Origin: Octopus sinensis
Lineage: Eukaryota
NCBI RefSeq assembly: GCF_006345805.1
Contig: NC_043000.1
Coordinates: 19,282,001-19,346,000, forward strand
Length of the DNA: 64,000 nucleotides
Direction of reading: 5' to 3'
Under the pieces are notes generated by a model. The model was not told the DNA's origin, did not search any database, and saw only the letters and a program-made list of their open reading frames with translations. The first letter of the stretch is position 1; each line of letters opens with the position of its first letter. Made by a program: the position numbers and the translations under genes. Below, piece by piece: positions 1 to 13,923 of the stretch.

Positions 1-759
1 GGTCAATGCATGGCCTTGGTAGAAGATACTTGCCTTGTGATTGTGAGGCGAATTTCTGTCGTTCAGCCTTGGCCTCTATCTGTAGAGTTGTGTATATATC
101 TGGGTAAATATTGTTTGTCTATACACTTGCAGAATATGACAATTAGTGATACCGACCTTAAATACATTCAATACTCTTAAATCTACACTTAGCAATAAAT
201 GAAAACGTTTCTACTTGCAAATAAATGTATGTAATCACCATCTTGGTTATATACATCTCCGTTGGTAACTTCTCTCGGCATGGCTATGTTCTTAAAATGT
301 ATGTATATGTAGCAGTATGTGTATGCATGCATATATATTGCGCGTATGTAATAAGTAAGTTAGAATATATACAAATATTAAAGAATTTTGATGAATAGAA
401 AAGTATTTTGAAAAAATGCTATACATTTCTTGTGTGAAACTGAAATCATAGCAGAAAAAAATGGCATGATATAAAAGAAAACAAAAGACAAAGAATTCAA
501 ATGCATAAAGGATAAAAATGAATAAGCAAAAATAAAAGAAGATGATATACAAAGACAGTTAAATAAGGTAAAAAATGTTTTTTAAAATTATTATTGCAAG
601 TTATAAAACGATGCCGGGTGCATAATTTTACCTGCTTTAACTCCGATTTAGGGTTTGGTTGTAATTTTTACTCTGAAAGAAGATGAATATTAATGAAGCA
701 AAGAAGAACAGCAGCAAAACAGGAATGTACTGACAGAGTGCCTTTCAGTACTTAATATA

Positions 760-973
760 CTTTTCTACTCTAGGCACAAGGCCAGAAATTTGTAGGGAGG
801 GGCCAGTCGATTAGATCGATCCCAGTATGCAACTGGTACTTAATTTATCGACCCCGAAAGGATAAAAGGCAAAGTCGACCTCAGCGGAATTTGAACTCAG
901 AATGTAACGTCAGACGTAATACCGCTAAGCATTTCGCCCGGCGTGCTAACGTTTCTGCCAGCTCGCCGCCTTA
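760..973 (-). mobile_element. SINE family A (tRNA head plus Nin/Deu-like core GCCGAGGTCGACTTTGCCTTTCATCCTTTCGGGGTCGATAAA)
   Basis: Full head taaggcggcgagctggcagaa and core; TSD tcagtactt(a/g)atata. Confidence 0.85.
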
Positions 974-2744
974 TCAGTACTTGATATAGTTCTGATCAGT
1001 ACCATGTTTAAAACTATGGTAGATTTAGTTCTGCTTTGATAAAATACAATGAATTTTGGTTGAAGTAAGTCAGTTTATAGTTATAATGATATTCCATATT
1101 AATTGACACAAGCCAGAAATATAGGAGACATTGTCATACACAAGTGAAATAAATATAAATACAACCATCTGAGGAAACCAGAAATTGTCTGAGCCGGTAA
1201 AAAATCATTTCGTTGAAATTTTACAGAGCTGAATATTTTCGTTTAACAGGACGTCCTGAACAGGATTCTGGCGACTGAAGACCGTTTGAATTCACTTCAC
1301 CTTACAGCACACGATTCCATTCAACTGTGCTGACTTGATAGTAAAAGCTATTTCAGATCGAAGGACGTATCATATAGATGTAATAAATACATCTTTAGGA
1401 TACGTTTGCGTTTGAAATGCTCTCTCAGAAACTTCAGCTGCTTTATCTACATATTCATACAGTTAAATATGTACACACCCATTCATTTATTCATACAAAC
1501 ATACATCATACATACATACACATCAATACGTACATATATACATGCACACAGAAACACGCACATAAACAAACGTGTGTGAATATATATGAATGTATATGTA
1601 TATATCAATATGTGTGTGTAAGCGTGTATATATATATGTGTGTGTGTGTATGTGTGTGTGTGAGTGTGTGTATTTCCCTTGTTAACAATATTAATAGCGT
1701 TCAGTAAATCACTTTACATATCCATCATTTTCTGTTAAAATGTCTTATTGACGAGTTTCATTTCTTCACTTCCCTGAAGAAAAGATTACATTGTTTTACA
1801 CCAATTTATTCCTTTGGAGTAATATCAGTGATATCTTCGAAACATGTGTCGGAAGTAAAAGTATTTGAATTATACCTGCGTTAAACTCCATTTATTTATA
1901 TGTGTGTGTGTGGGGGGTTAACATTTATGTATTTATGTATGTATGTATGTATGTATGTATGTATGTACGTATGTATGTATGTATGTATGTATTGAACGAT
2001 TAAGAGAAACAATTCAGAGTAGCCAGTAGCAATTATTTAATCAACAAAAGCGAATATTATATACCGTACAAGGCAAATTCTCGAATTCTTGAAATTATAT
2101 TCTCTTTTTGAAAGGCAGAAGGACAATCATCTGATGGTAATGAGGCCTAAATATGAGTGAGAAGTGGAGCTATTTTCAATGATTCTCAAAAATTGAAATT
2201 TCAGTAAGGACAAAACAGAGTCAAGTGGACATGTGTTTTTACTTCTAAAGGCGTCTTCAGCACAGAAATTGCCATGTCCTATATCCAGCAAGACAAGACA
2301 GTGAGACATAGACATAACAGATTAGAGCATATTTTGGAAGCCCAGTCTGAGACAGTCTGAGATGGAATATGTATGAGTGAGACATAACATTTACAAGGAA
2401 TTTTGTAAAAGCATTTTAGTTCATGAAACGAGTGCACTGTTTCTTTCTTTGCTTTTTTTTTTTTAAAAAACTTTGAATTTGTTGTATTCCGTTATTCAAA
2501 GGAATTATTTATTTTATTACATGTATCAGTTGCGACCGTGCGAAATTAATACACAAAATGAATATTTTAATTCTTATATCAATATTTTGTTTTAGGTTCT
2601 TGCGGAAGAAATGAAATAAAATTAATTAATGGGGATATTTTCGTGCGTTCAAGCATTTAATTTCGAGCTAGAATTGGAAATATACAGCTGTCTATGATAT
2701 GCAAGAAATATCAGATAAACATTGGTTTCAAATATTGACACAAT

Positions 2745-3105
2745 GCCGGCAGTTTCAGGGAAAGGTGAAAGTCGGTGTAACCGACCTGCTCAATTAGTAC
2801 TTATTTCATCAACTGCAATGTATGAAAGGCAATGTGGACCTGCGCGGAATTTGAACTCAGAATTTGAAGACGGAAGAAATACCTATTTCTTTACTACCCA
2901 CAAGGGGCTAAACACAGAGGAGACAAACAAGGACAGACAGACGGATTAAGTCGATTCCATCGACCCCAGTGCGTAACTGGTACTTAATTTATCGACCCCG
3001 AAAGGATGAAAGGCAAAGTCGACCTCGGCGGAATTTGAACTCAGAACGTAGCGGCAGATGAAACACCTCTAAGCCTGCTAACGTTTCTGCCAGCTCGTCG
3101 CCTTA
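2745..3105 (-). mobile_element. SINE family A, compound/dimer
   Basis: Two core copies joined at gaaatac|ctatttcttt. Confidence 0.8.
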
Positions 3106-3647
3106 CATCGGATAAATTTTTAAATGATATATTAGTGTTTTACTCAGGTTCTTTTATTGTTTTTCTCTTGTTTTTCACTATGATAAGCTGAGTAAACCCT
3201 ACCTCTTTTTTGATCTGCATTTTGCGTAACTGAGTAATGGTAACAAGGGAAATGTAAGCAGTATGGCTTCAAACGCCGATTCCCTACCAACCGACCATAA
3301 AACAAAAAGTTCTGTCTATTGGGTGATGTAGCCATACATCAATAAATGTATGAGTGGTTAACTGTTTGTAGAGACTGGAAACTAGATTAATTTAACTGTC
3401 AATATGGTAACTGCGGTGAAACAAAAACAAAAAGATAACGTATTTAGTCCTTTCAAGGTTTGCTTCATCTCTTGTCAATAAAAATATAATCACTGTTCCT
3501 CATATTTTTTTCTTGTAAATTCTTGTGATGCACGTAGACGTATCATCAGTATACACTCTCGCCCATGCTACCCAGCCAGGCTTAATGAAGCCCCAGCTCG
3601 TGTCCAGTAAACATTACCCCATGGATCACTTACTCCTTACAAGACTC

Positions 3648-3866
3648 TCATCCCCTGATCCTCAACCACCTTGAGACCACCCCTGTTGCCGCCATGGCCA
3701 ACTTGATGGTCTTCCGCTAACAGACTCCGGCGATGCCCAGCATGTTGTTGGATTAGCAGACGGATTGAACTGCAAGCCTTCTGCATTCCAGTTCAGTGGT
3801 ATGAAACGTTGCTTGTCGTCTATTGTTTTGTGGCGGCTCCACCTGGTTAGCATACTTCATTCTCTT
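3648..3866 (-). mobile_element. 3' fragment of a Hero-like (R2-group, restriction-like endonuclease) non-LTR retrotransposon, decayed
   Basis: A frame absent from the ORF track reads KRMKYANQVE...ELECRRLAVQSVC*SNNMLGIAGVC*RKTIKLAMAATGVVSRWLRIRG*. This matches the Hero C-terminal pattern (KYxxLV...EVGCRGFAGQS...LGI.G...AAERASRWLWIKRG) as I recall it. Confidence 0.65.
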
Positions 3867-3913
3867 CTTTTCATTTGTCTCCCTATTATGTTTCTCCCAG
3901 GAAATACAGACTT

Positions 3914-4307
3914 AGTGGAAGCGCAATGGCCCAGTGGTTAGGGCAGCGGACTCGCGGTCATAGGATCGCGGTTTCGATTCCCAGACCGGGCGTTGTGAGT
4001 GTTTATTGAGCGAAAACACCTAAAAGCTCCACAAGACTCCGGCAGGGGATGGTGGTGATCCCTGCTGTACTCTTTCACCACAACTTTCTCTCACTCTTAC
4101 TTCTTGTTTCTGTTGTACCTGTATTTCAAGGGCCGGCCTTGTCACTCTCTGTGTCACGCTGAATATCCCCGAGAACTACGTTAAGGGTACACGTGTCTGT
4201 GGAGTGCTCAGCCACTTACACGTTAATTTCACGAGCAGGCTGTTCCATTGATTCGGATCAACCGGAACCCTCGTCGTCGTAACCGACGGAGTGCTTCCAT
4301 TCCATCC
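3914..4307 (+). mobile_element. SINE family C (tRNA-derived head GTGGAGGCGCAATGGCCCAGTGGTTAGGGCAGCGG), full length
   Basis: Pol III A/B boxes, conserved ~385-bp body and TSD acagactt. Confidence 0.9.
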
Positions 4308-7300
4308 ACAGACTTCGAACGGAACTATATACTTGGATATTTCCGAAATCAGTACTATGTGATACTAAGGCAAAATTTTAGGAACTTCAAATGCTTCCTC
4401 ATATGAATTTCTAGATCCTAGTCTAATTCCACTGGTCATGCTTCTAGCGGTATCGCTCCTTGCTTCTAACCCAGGGATTTTTGACAACTACTGAAGCACA
4501 TCTAACACACAGAGGAAAAGCTGGAGACTCGAGAAAGCTAAATTCATCTGAGAAATTCAGGCTTAAAGTAATATCAAGCAAAACTCTTAGCTAGATGGGA
4601 ACTTGACGTAAGAGAGAAACTGATACGAGATTGAAATAGCTATTGGGTGTTCGATATAGTCGAATAAAAGCCATTTAACACACTAACCCACTATAGCTGC
4701 AATCCAGAGACTGAAACCAGTAAAAGGACAGGAAAAAGTAAAAGTTATATGTCAAAACTTTTAATTAAACTTTACAATTATTAACTGTACAGTGCTAAGT
4801 GCCATGTTCCAACTTTACTACTCTACTTATCAGCTGAAATATCTAATTTTTATGTTACGATGGTACAAATTATAGAAATATAATAGGCGGTATCAGATAA
4901 GGATACATGTGTAATTGATTAATATTTAAACACTAATATCATTGACAATTTTACTTTAATAGATGTATTTAATTCAACAGTTAGTATTTATTTCAATTTA
5001 CAACGAAATCTGAAGAAGTAAAATTGGATTTAATGACACCTATGTATCATTAGCTGATATTACGAACTAAAATGAAAGCATGTTCCTAACGTTATCCATC
5101 ATATAACCAATGACACTCTCTAGTATACTAAATGAATAGAAGAATAAAAGAGCTGAGACTATTTTCTTATGCAGACACATGAAGAAATTCATCCTGAAAA
5201 TGTTAATTTTAGTTCATGTGATTCTTTCTCTCTCCCACCGCCCTCTCTCGCTCTCTCTCAACCAAGGCTCTTTGAAACCATATGTTTAGATAAAACATTC
5301 CTGGAAACTTTAACACAGGTGGCAACAATAGCAATGGCAGGCATTTTTTTTTAGATAACCTCCGGTAGTTTTTCCACTTCAGTAGATGATATCTAGTTCT
5401 TCCTAAACTCATCTTTAAATGTTTTATTTTTGTTATTATTTTTCAGAACATATCCTTCACCTGCTCACAAAGGTGAGCTCTAATTTATTCCCTCACTAGC
5501 GATACAAGTTTCTTTAAAACTACTCCTTTGTCATTTATTCCATAATTTCCTCAATGATAAACGGATGCAGTGCCCATTCACCAAATAAAATATAATTTCA
5601 AAAGTGCATTTTCCTACTTTTGGAACCATGCATTTTTATTTCTTCTTATACATAATCACGACATTTCGTTTGATTCAATTAGCCAAACGATGCACAACTA
5701 CAGTAAAATGTTACACTGGACATTTTTCATGTTTTGGAACTTTCGTTCTCTTTTCAGCAAAACCGTATGATTTTATTTGATTGCATTAACTAAATTGCTG
5801 TATATTTATGTGAGTGCATGTATGTGTGAATGTGTGTGTACTTGTTACACCATCATACAGTTTTGCTTCGTATTTTATCCTATCCTATACTCTGTTTTCT
5901 AGCATTATAGCAAAGAAATATCAAAAGGTGACATTCGTATTTTCCAATTTGACTGGCTATAAAGTTTTGCTACTTTCTCAGTTTTATTATAAAAATGTGA
6001 AACTGCACAATTTTATCGTCCAAATTAAAGGGCCGATCAATCAGTGAATTTCTTAGAGCCTAAAATATACACTCTAAAGAATATCTGACACCACCCATTT
6101 GAAGAATGACTAACTACATATTTCTGATCTTTTGATATTTTCGTTGCTTATAACGATATGATATATTGTTCAATATATATATTGATATATTGTAACGATA
6201 TGATATATTGCAACAATATATCATATCTTTTGTCTCATCTTCTACCCATTCAATCAATTCTTTCCAAAGTCTCCGGTAGTATGTTTCATTTCTCTTAAGA
6301 GATTCTATGCACTTGCATTTTCTACAGTTTTCTTTCTTTTCTTTTCTTTTTTTTTTGTTTCTCCATAGTCTAATGTTACTTCCAACTGCTTCAAACCTCT
6401 AGAAGCTTCACAGCGGTTGTCCTTTTCAGCAAATTATATGACTTTAAATTAAATTTTGCACTGTAAGCTATAAGTCTGTTTTCTCATCCACTTTTTTAAA
6501 TAAGATTTTTATACTAATTAGCATACGTCATTTTCTCGTTTTAAATTGAAATATCTTAAATTAATTAATCCCATTTAAGCAGTAAAGTGCAAAACCAAAT
6601 CTCGCCTGAGTGATATCAGAATAAACGTTTGCTGTTGGACTACGCATAGCGATGCAGGTACATTAGTCGTTAGATTCTCGAGGCTACCGCTTCGGTATCC
6701 TTTGCACAGGTCAATTGTTGTGCTTATTTCTTTTTACACTCGAATAAAATACAACCCTTCCCTTATTTCGACCATTTTATTTATACTGAAGTTTCCGTAT
6801 CATACATAGTAATTTTATATACAATTTTATAGTCGATGGTAAAGTGTTTTGAAGCAATATAATAGCAGGTCATATGATATTTGTGTTTTCTTTCCTCGAA
6901 ATTTAAAGTATCATTTACTAAATATAAGTGTTTTGTACTAATTTACTTATATAAAAGATGCAAGGGCGGTTGGTGATTTGTCCAAAGCAGTAAACAATAT
7001 ATTATCTGAACTCTGAGTTCAGAGCCGACAGAATTCAACGTTTTCGTTTATCTCTTCCTTATCAATAATTTAATATAATATTATTTCATTCTCCTTCTTG
7101 TCTGCAAAGAAATAACCTTTCTCCAACAAATTTAAAGGAAATCAGTTTAGAGTTAAATGTGATTGATTATAATACAGCATAACTTTAACTAACGGTTAGT
7201 CGGATCTTCCGCTTCAAACAACGAACATTTTTTATTAAGTCTGGTTAGGGTCTTATATTATTTAGATCTTTAAGAGAAGGCCTGGTTGGAGGCCCAACCT

Positions 7301-7913
7301 TCCGAGTTCTTTTATAGGGCTTTGAAACACTGAAGGTCCGCTGCAATAAGTGTGTGAATCTGAGAGAGTTATATGCTAAATAGAATCATAATTAACTGAC
7401 CTTCATGTATCTTCTTTTACCCAAAGTCAGGAACTTTTCAGCACCCCCTCGTAGTTGGAAATTTTAATTGGATATTAATAATATTACATTAGGAAATAAG
7501 AGACATTAGATTTATTGGGTTGGACATTGGTTGGTCATAACGATATGGTAGACTTGTGACGTATATATTGGATAGTAGTTTTGGTACACCATTTGATCAA
7601 TGAGTACACAACTCTCCTAATTTAACAAGAACTTAAAGTAATTGTCTAAATTCTAACAACATGCAAATTTTTATTCTTAACCAGGCGCAGGTATGGCTGT
7701 ATGGTAAGAAAATTGCTTCCTAACAACATATTTTCGGGTTCAGTTCTTCTACGTGACACATTGAGCAAGTGTGTTCTGCTAAACCCACTGGCTGACCAAA
7801 GCCTTGTGAATGGATATGGTAAACGGAACCTGAAAAAAGCCTGTCGTGTGTGTTTGTATACTTACACACACACATATAGAGAGAGACACACACATATATT
7901 TAAATATATGTTC

Positions 7914-7953
<40 letters not shown>

Positions 7954-8297
7954 GTACCTATGTGTGTATGTATTTGTGTTTGTCCCCTACCTCATCTTGA
8001 CAACCAGTGCTTGTTTACGTCCCTGTAACATAACGGTTCGGCAAAAATAGTCAGATAGAAGAGTTAACCCTTGAGAGCGGTGTCCAAGTATGGCCGCAGT
8101 CCAATGACTGAAAGAAGTATAAGCTTAAAATACTAACAAATAAAACAGTCTTTGCCGATGCAGATCACCCCTAATTTCCCGACGATTCTGTGTTTATTTT
8201 TCTATTTTTCTCTTGCTTAACCACTTACTTGATGCAGCAGATATTTTCGTTATATTTCAAAGATACTCCAAACATAGAGTGAGTTAGCGAGCGGGCG

Positions 8298-8349
<52 letters not shown>

Positions 8350-9718
8350 AGTTAGATATGTTTCTTTATTAGCCACACAGGGCTGAGAAAGATGAATTGA
8401 TAAATAGGAAGACATAGATGAAACAAGAGAGAGATTACATATCTAATCTTCAAGCAAGCTCTCATGTAATTATCTGGATATTTGCAGCTTGTCTTTTAAA
8501 CGATATTTCTGTGCGTAGTGAACTTAATACATTTTATTACTTATACTCAGTAAATGATATATACATTCCAGCATTAGCTGAGAGTTTTCTCTTTAATTAA
8601 GCATGTTGGATCTCTTCCAAAGGAAGTCCATTTGGATGATTAGCGAAGATTCTGTGACCAGTATGCTACAATCACTGATTCACAGAAATGCAGTTTCTTC
8701 TCTCAGTTTTTTTTCTGATGCTACTATAAGGGTCTCCCGTTGTCTGAACTAGCTGTACTCATTGTATTCACCGCTCATCACTTCTATTTTTTTCTTCTAC
8801 GTCTACCATTACTATAATGATTTCTGCTTCTCGTAACTAATTGTATTCTTGTACTCGGACTTCTTAATTATTTCTGCTGTGTCTTACTACCCAGATCTTG
8901 CATTCAACGCTTCACCCAAATCTTCACACTTTTTCTGCAGGTATCGATCTACAAATGTTCAAACTGAACGTCAACTTCAACATCTCACCTGCCTGGCACG
9001 ACTCGCAACGGTTGTGGACAATAGCTGTCCTTTTTGAAATAACGTATACAAAAAAATTGGTTCCATTTTGGCTGTGTCTAATAATATGGCTTTCTTTAAA
9101 ACCTGTTTTACCAAACTCAGTTATGCACATTACATATATTTTTATTACCACATAGTATTACAAATTACTCAGGTATTCCAAAAATTCGCGATAGTGAAAT
9201 GTACTGAACACTTTTGACATCATATAACTTCATATCTAGCCCTTGTTAGTAATTTTCTTTTTGACTACGCACCAATATAGCTAAGTTTCTGACGATTCTA
9301 TTAAAATTGGTCTCGAAAACAACAACACTATCCCAGGAGAGTACGAGTGAACCAGTTTACATATAACTGTTTAAAAGATACAGATTTTATTAATAGTTCT
9401 TGAAAGTAATACAAAGAAAACAAAGGCAGAGGGGCATACTGAGCAGCAAAATGTGTAGACACAAGTATATCTCCACTATTAGTATTAGATCGAATACAGA
9501 TATATGTCCAAACTTCGACTCCATCATACAGCAGCATAGAGCTATGTGCTATTAAAAGTTTCTACAATATAAAACTGATAACCATGTCGAATGCTTTCGT
9601 AACAACAATAAAGCATTCTTAGAAAGTAATAGTACATATTCTAGGGTCCAAAATCTTTATACTTTAGCATTAGAACAACAATTTTCATTAAACTTACGCC
9701 GGTGGCAACTTTACATGG

Positions 9719-9780
<62 letters not shown>

Positions 9781-11580
9781 ATGCGTGTGTGTGTGTGTGT
9801 GTGTGTGCAAAATGAGATGTTAAGCAATTATTTGACAAAGGTCCATTGTAACTTCATTTACTTAAATTCCGGTCAATTTGTACTGTGGACACTAAAAGGA
9901 GATTGATTTCATATTTGATGTTATATCCTAAGTTATTGGCAATAGATCATAATATTTAAAATTCTATGTCTATCTTACGAACTAAGTAGTAGGTTATTCT
10001 TAAACAAATAAGCAAACCAGCATTGTTTACTGGTCGTATCAATTGTATTTTCATCTACAATCGCATTTCTAATTCCCAGAGAAAAGGAGGTCCGAAGCAT
10101 TGTGCCGTGTTAAAGGCTGAATATAATGTAAGGAGTGGCAATCATGAAGGTTAGAAAAATGCTGTTTAGAAATTCGAGTTAACGGCATTTTCAATTCCAT
10201 TTTGGAGTAATTTAATATCACTTTTGGCCTTAATACTCTGTAGTTAGGTATGGATATGATTCAACCTCATTTCTACTCACAGAAAAGGAAAAGCGCCTGT
10301 TACTTATAAAAGAATTGAAGCTATATTAAAAGAGTGTATTTGCTAGAAATATATTTTCTATAACATTTTTCCTTTCGATTTACAAGTCTTACGTAGTAAA
10401 GCTCCGTGGTGACTTGATTCAATACTTGATATTACTGAATTTGTCCAGCCAGGACTACATTTTAAAACAGAATAGAATGTTTTTCAATCAAATAGAAATA
10501 ACAAAGCAAATTATTTGACCTTCAAAGGAGACATAAACAGAAGTAGCACTGTATTTGGAACGTTAGACAACTACAGGCTTGAGTCTAATGTTGAATTTAT
10601 ACAGTTTCAATTAAAGAATTGTTGGGACATCTGCAAAATTGTTTTACTGTTATAAGTGGTAAATATTAAACGAATGATCAAATAACTACATAGAAATAAA
10701 CTTTAGTTGAGTATTTTTCAAGATGTAGATACTTAACAGCTCGACTTGGAAGCATTTTACAACGAACGCCAAAGAACTTAAGTTTCAATTGTTTACAGTT
10801 TTGTTTGAGTTTTTGTTATGAATATTTGCTAATCTAATTATATTGTTTGTTATTTCTACAGTGTTATAATTTCTAACCTATTAAACTAATATATTTTATC
10901 TAATTGACTGCCTAGGTCTAGTCATATTTTATGTGTGTGTGTGTGTGTACATGATCAATGACGAAATGCATATCAGAGAGAGAGAGAGCGGTGGGAGACA
11001 GAAAAAGAAATGAAAGCGGGAGAGAAGAGGAAACGAAAGCAACATTGTTAGGTAAAGTGAGAGGGGAAAAGTGACAATAATAGTGAGAAAATAAAATAAC
11101 ATTGTGAAGTATATTTGCCACTTAAATGTGGCTAACCACTAATGGTGGATGCTACTGTAGCTTGTAGCCCCAGGAAGACATCTCCAGCTGGCTATCGACA
11201 CACTTTCTGTGCCCTATCAGTATATGCAAAGGGAAGTCATCCTTCCAATCGTCGACCTGACGTGATACGCACGGACCCGGGTTTCTGAGTATTTACCCGT
11301 CGTCAACGCACGACAATCACCGGTCTTCGATGCGAAGGGGTCCCATTGCAAATACATATATCCTTTTATCAGTGACAGAGATTTATTATTAAAATAACAT
11401 TGCTGACGAAAGAATTCAAAAGAAAGACAGAAACAGATGCCTAGAGATGGACACACACACACACAGTAAGAGAGGGAGAGGAGGAGAGAGAGATAGAGAG
11501 AACTATGCACGAGGTATGAATAAAATTATCTCACACGTAACAAGCCCGTTCTTTTTCTATTCATAGTGTACCCATTATTC

Positions 11581-11949
11581 TTGTGGAGGTGCAATGGCCC
11601 AGTGGTTAGGGCAGCGGACTCGCGGTCATAGAATCGCGGTTTCGATTCCCAGACCGGGCGTTGTGAGTGTTTATTGAAGCTCCACGCGGCTGGGGATGGT
11701 GGTGATCCCTGCTGTACTCTTTCACCACAACTTTCTCTCACTCTTACTTCCTGTTTCTGTTGTACCTGTATTTCAAAGGGCCGGCCTTGTCACTCTCTGT
11801 GTCACGCTGAATATCCTCGAGAACTACGTTAAGGGTACACGTGTCTGTGGAGTGCTCAGCCACTTAGACGTTAATTTCACGAGCAGGCTGTTCCGTTGAT
11901 TCGGATCAACCGGAACCCTCGTCGTCGTAACCGACGGAGTGCTTCCACC
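11581..11949 (+). mobile_element. SINE family C, small internal deletion
   Basis: Same body as the 3914 copy; TSD acccattattc. Confidence 0.9.
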
Positions 11950-12149
11950 ACCCATTATTCATTGCACCTTCCTATTTTAAAATCGTTGGATGTCTTTCGA
12001 CAAATATTTTGGTTAATTATTTCTATTATATGGAATTAACCGCGTTAAGATTCTCTCCTTTGGCTCATCAAAAAACCAGAACGAGGAAAGAATTCTTCGT
12101 TAGAGTTAGAATAGGTCTTCTTTTATCTTTTACGTCTTTCTATCATTAA

Positions 12150-12492
12150 AATGCAGCCGTGCTGGGGGTACCACCTTGAAGAATTTTAGTCAGTACTTAT
12201 TATTTCTTTTGTAAAGCCTGATTCTTATTCTATTAGTCTCTTTTGCCGAACCACTATGTAGCAGGGACGTAAACACACCAACACCGGTTGCAAATCGGTG
12301 TTGGGGACAAACGCCTACGCGCACACACACACAGACACACACAGGTTTTCAGTTTCCGTCTATCAAATCCACTCACAAAGCTTTGGCGGACCGAGGCTAT
12401 AGTAGAAGACACTCGCTCAAAATTCTGCGCACTGGAACTGAAACCGGAACCGTGTAGTTGGGAAGCAGACGTCTTACTACACGACTACGCCT
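12150..12492 (-). mobile_element. SINE family B (tRNA head AGGAGTGGCTGTGTGGTAAG, internal microsatellite, GAGTAAAA tail), diverged
   Basis: Similar to the copies at 24905 and 58440. Confidence 0.75.
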
Positions 12493-13532
12493 GAAAAGTT
12501 TTCATATGAAAGGTGCAGTATAAATGACAGGAAAGAGGAAAACGAGCAGGAAAATGTTGTTTAACGAAGGTCGAACAATCCATTCCTGAGGAGAATCAGT
12601 CGGTATCAGAAACTGAGGAATAGATGATGATTAGATGACAAGCAGTTTGCTATGATGAGATTTGCTATTAAAGCACAATCACTTCCAGTTTTATATTAGA
12701 CTAGCATAATAGATGTCCAGTTACAGTTCATCCCTGTTATATAATAGTTTCACTTTAATAGTTTCAGTATTAAAGTGAAAGTATCTGACATTACAATAGA
12801 GAGATGTTTTTGTTTCACTTTTGACACGTAATACTGAAATAGTGGAGAGATATGATAATGCTGTGGACTCGAACTAGGCAAAAAATTAAACAATGTTTTT
12901 GCCCATAACACTACATGGACCCTAAATAAGGCATGGGTAAAATTTGAATGAGATTGGTTGTGTAGTTCTCAAGTTTTAGGGATTCACACAGACAGACAGA
13001 CATTCTCAGTTTTATATATATAGATGATCAGATACGTTGGCTAGAACTGAGTATACAAAAAAAAAACCGTCTACTGCACCCAACATTTTCCTATAATGTT
13101 CCTTCCACAAAAGTAGTCGAATTCAGTAATGCAAGCTAACAAAACATCTAGAGGTATCATTAGCAACTAAGTTAATTAGACCGCTAAAAATTAAGCTACT
13201 GGTTAATCGCTGTGCCTATTATAATGTACCACTTTAACTCCTCAACTAATCGTCTGATGGCCTGTCATTTAGGAAAGACGTATGCTGCTATAATCCTGCT
13301 AGGTAATGTTATATTTTCAAGAACTAATCTAGGCAGGCGGTCCAACCTATTTCAATGTTCAGCGTGTTGTTCTAAGAGGGATTATGTTCAAGTATAAATG
13401 TATTATGATATCACTAACTGCACGTTAACAAAATGGTAGTAAATGAAAGTAATTTTAAATTTAATGATACCATAAAAACAATATAATCACTGCCATTATT
13501 TTACATTATCTTTGTAAATAGGGTATGTCAAG

Positions 13533-13923
13533 GATGTGGAGGCGCAATGGCCCAGTGGTTAGGGCAGCGGACTCGCGGTCATAGGATCGTGGTTTCGATT
13601 CCCAGACCGGGCGTTGTGAGTGTTTATTGAGCGAAAACACCTAAAATCTCCACGAGGCTCCGGCAGGGGATGGTGGTGATCCCTGCTGTACTCTTTCACC
13701 ACAACTTTCTCTCACTCTTACTTCCTGTTTCTGTTGTACCTGTATTTCAAAGGGCCGGCCTTGTCACTCTCTGTGTCACGCTGAATATCCCCGAGAACTA
13801 CGTTAAGGGTACACGTGTCTGTGGAGTGCTCAGCCACTTACACGTTAATTTCACAAGGAGGCTGTTCCGTTGATTCGGATCAACCGGAACCCTCGTCGTC
13901 GTAACCGACGGAGTGCTTCCATC
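13533..13923 (+). mobile_element. SINE family C, full length
   Basis: TSD atgtcaag. Confidence 0.9.

Noticed and set aside
3914-3990. SINE heads as functional tRNA genes
   Set aside because: The cloverleafs are incomplete and fused to SINE bodies flanked by TSDs.
8500-9100. Possible decayed RTE-like LINE on the minus strand
   Set aside because: Only faint peptide resemblance with many stops; cannot be supported without a database search.
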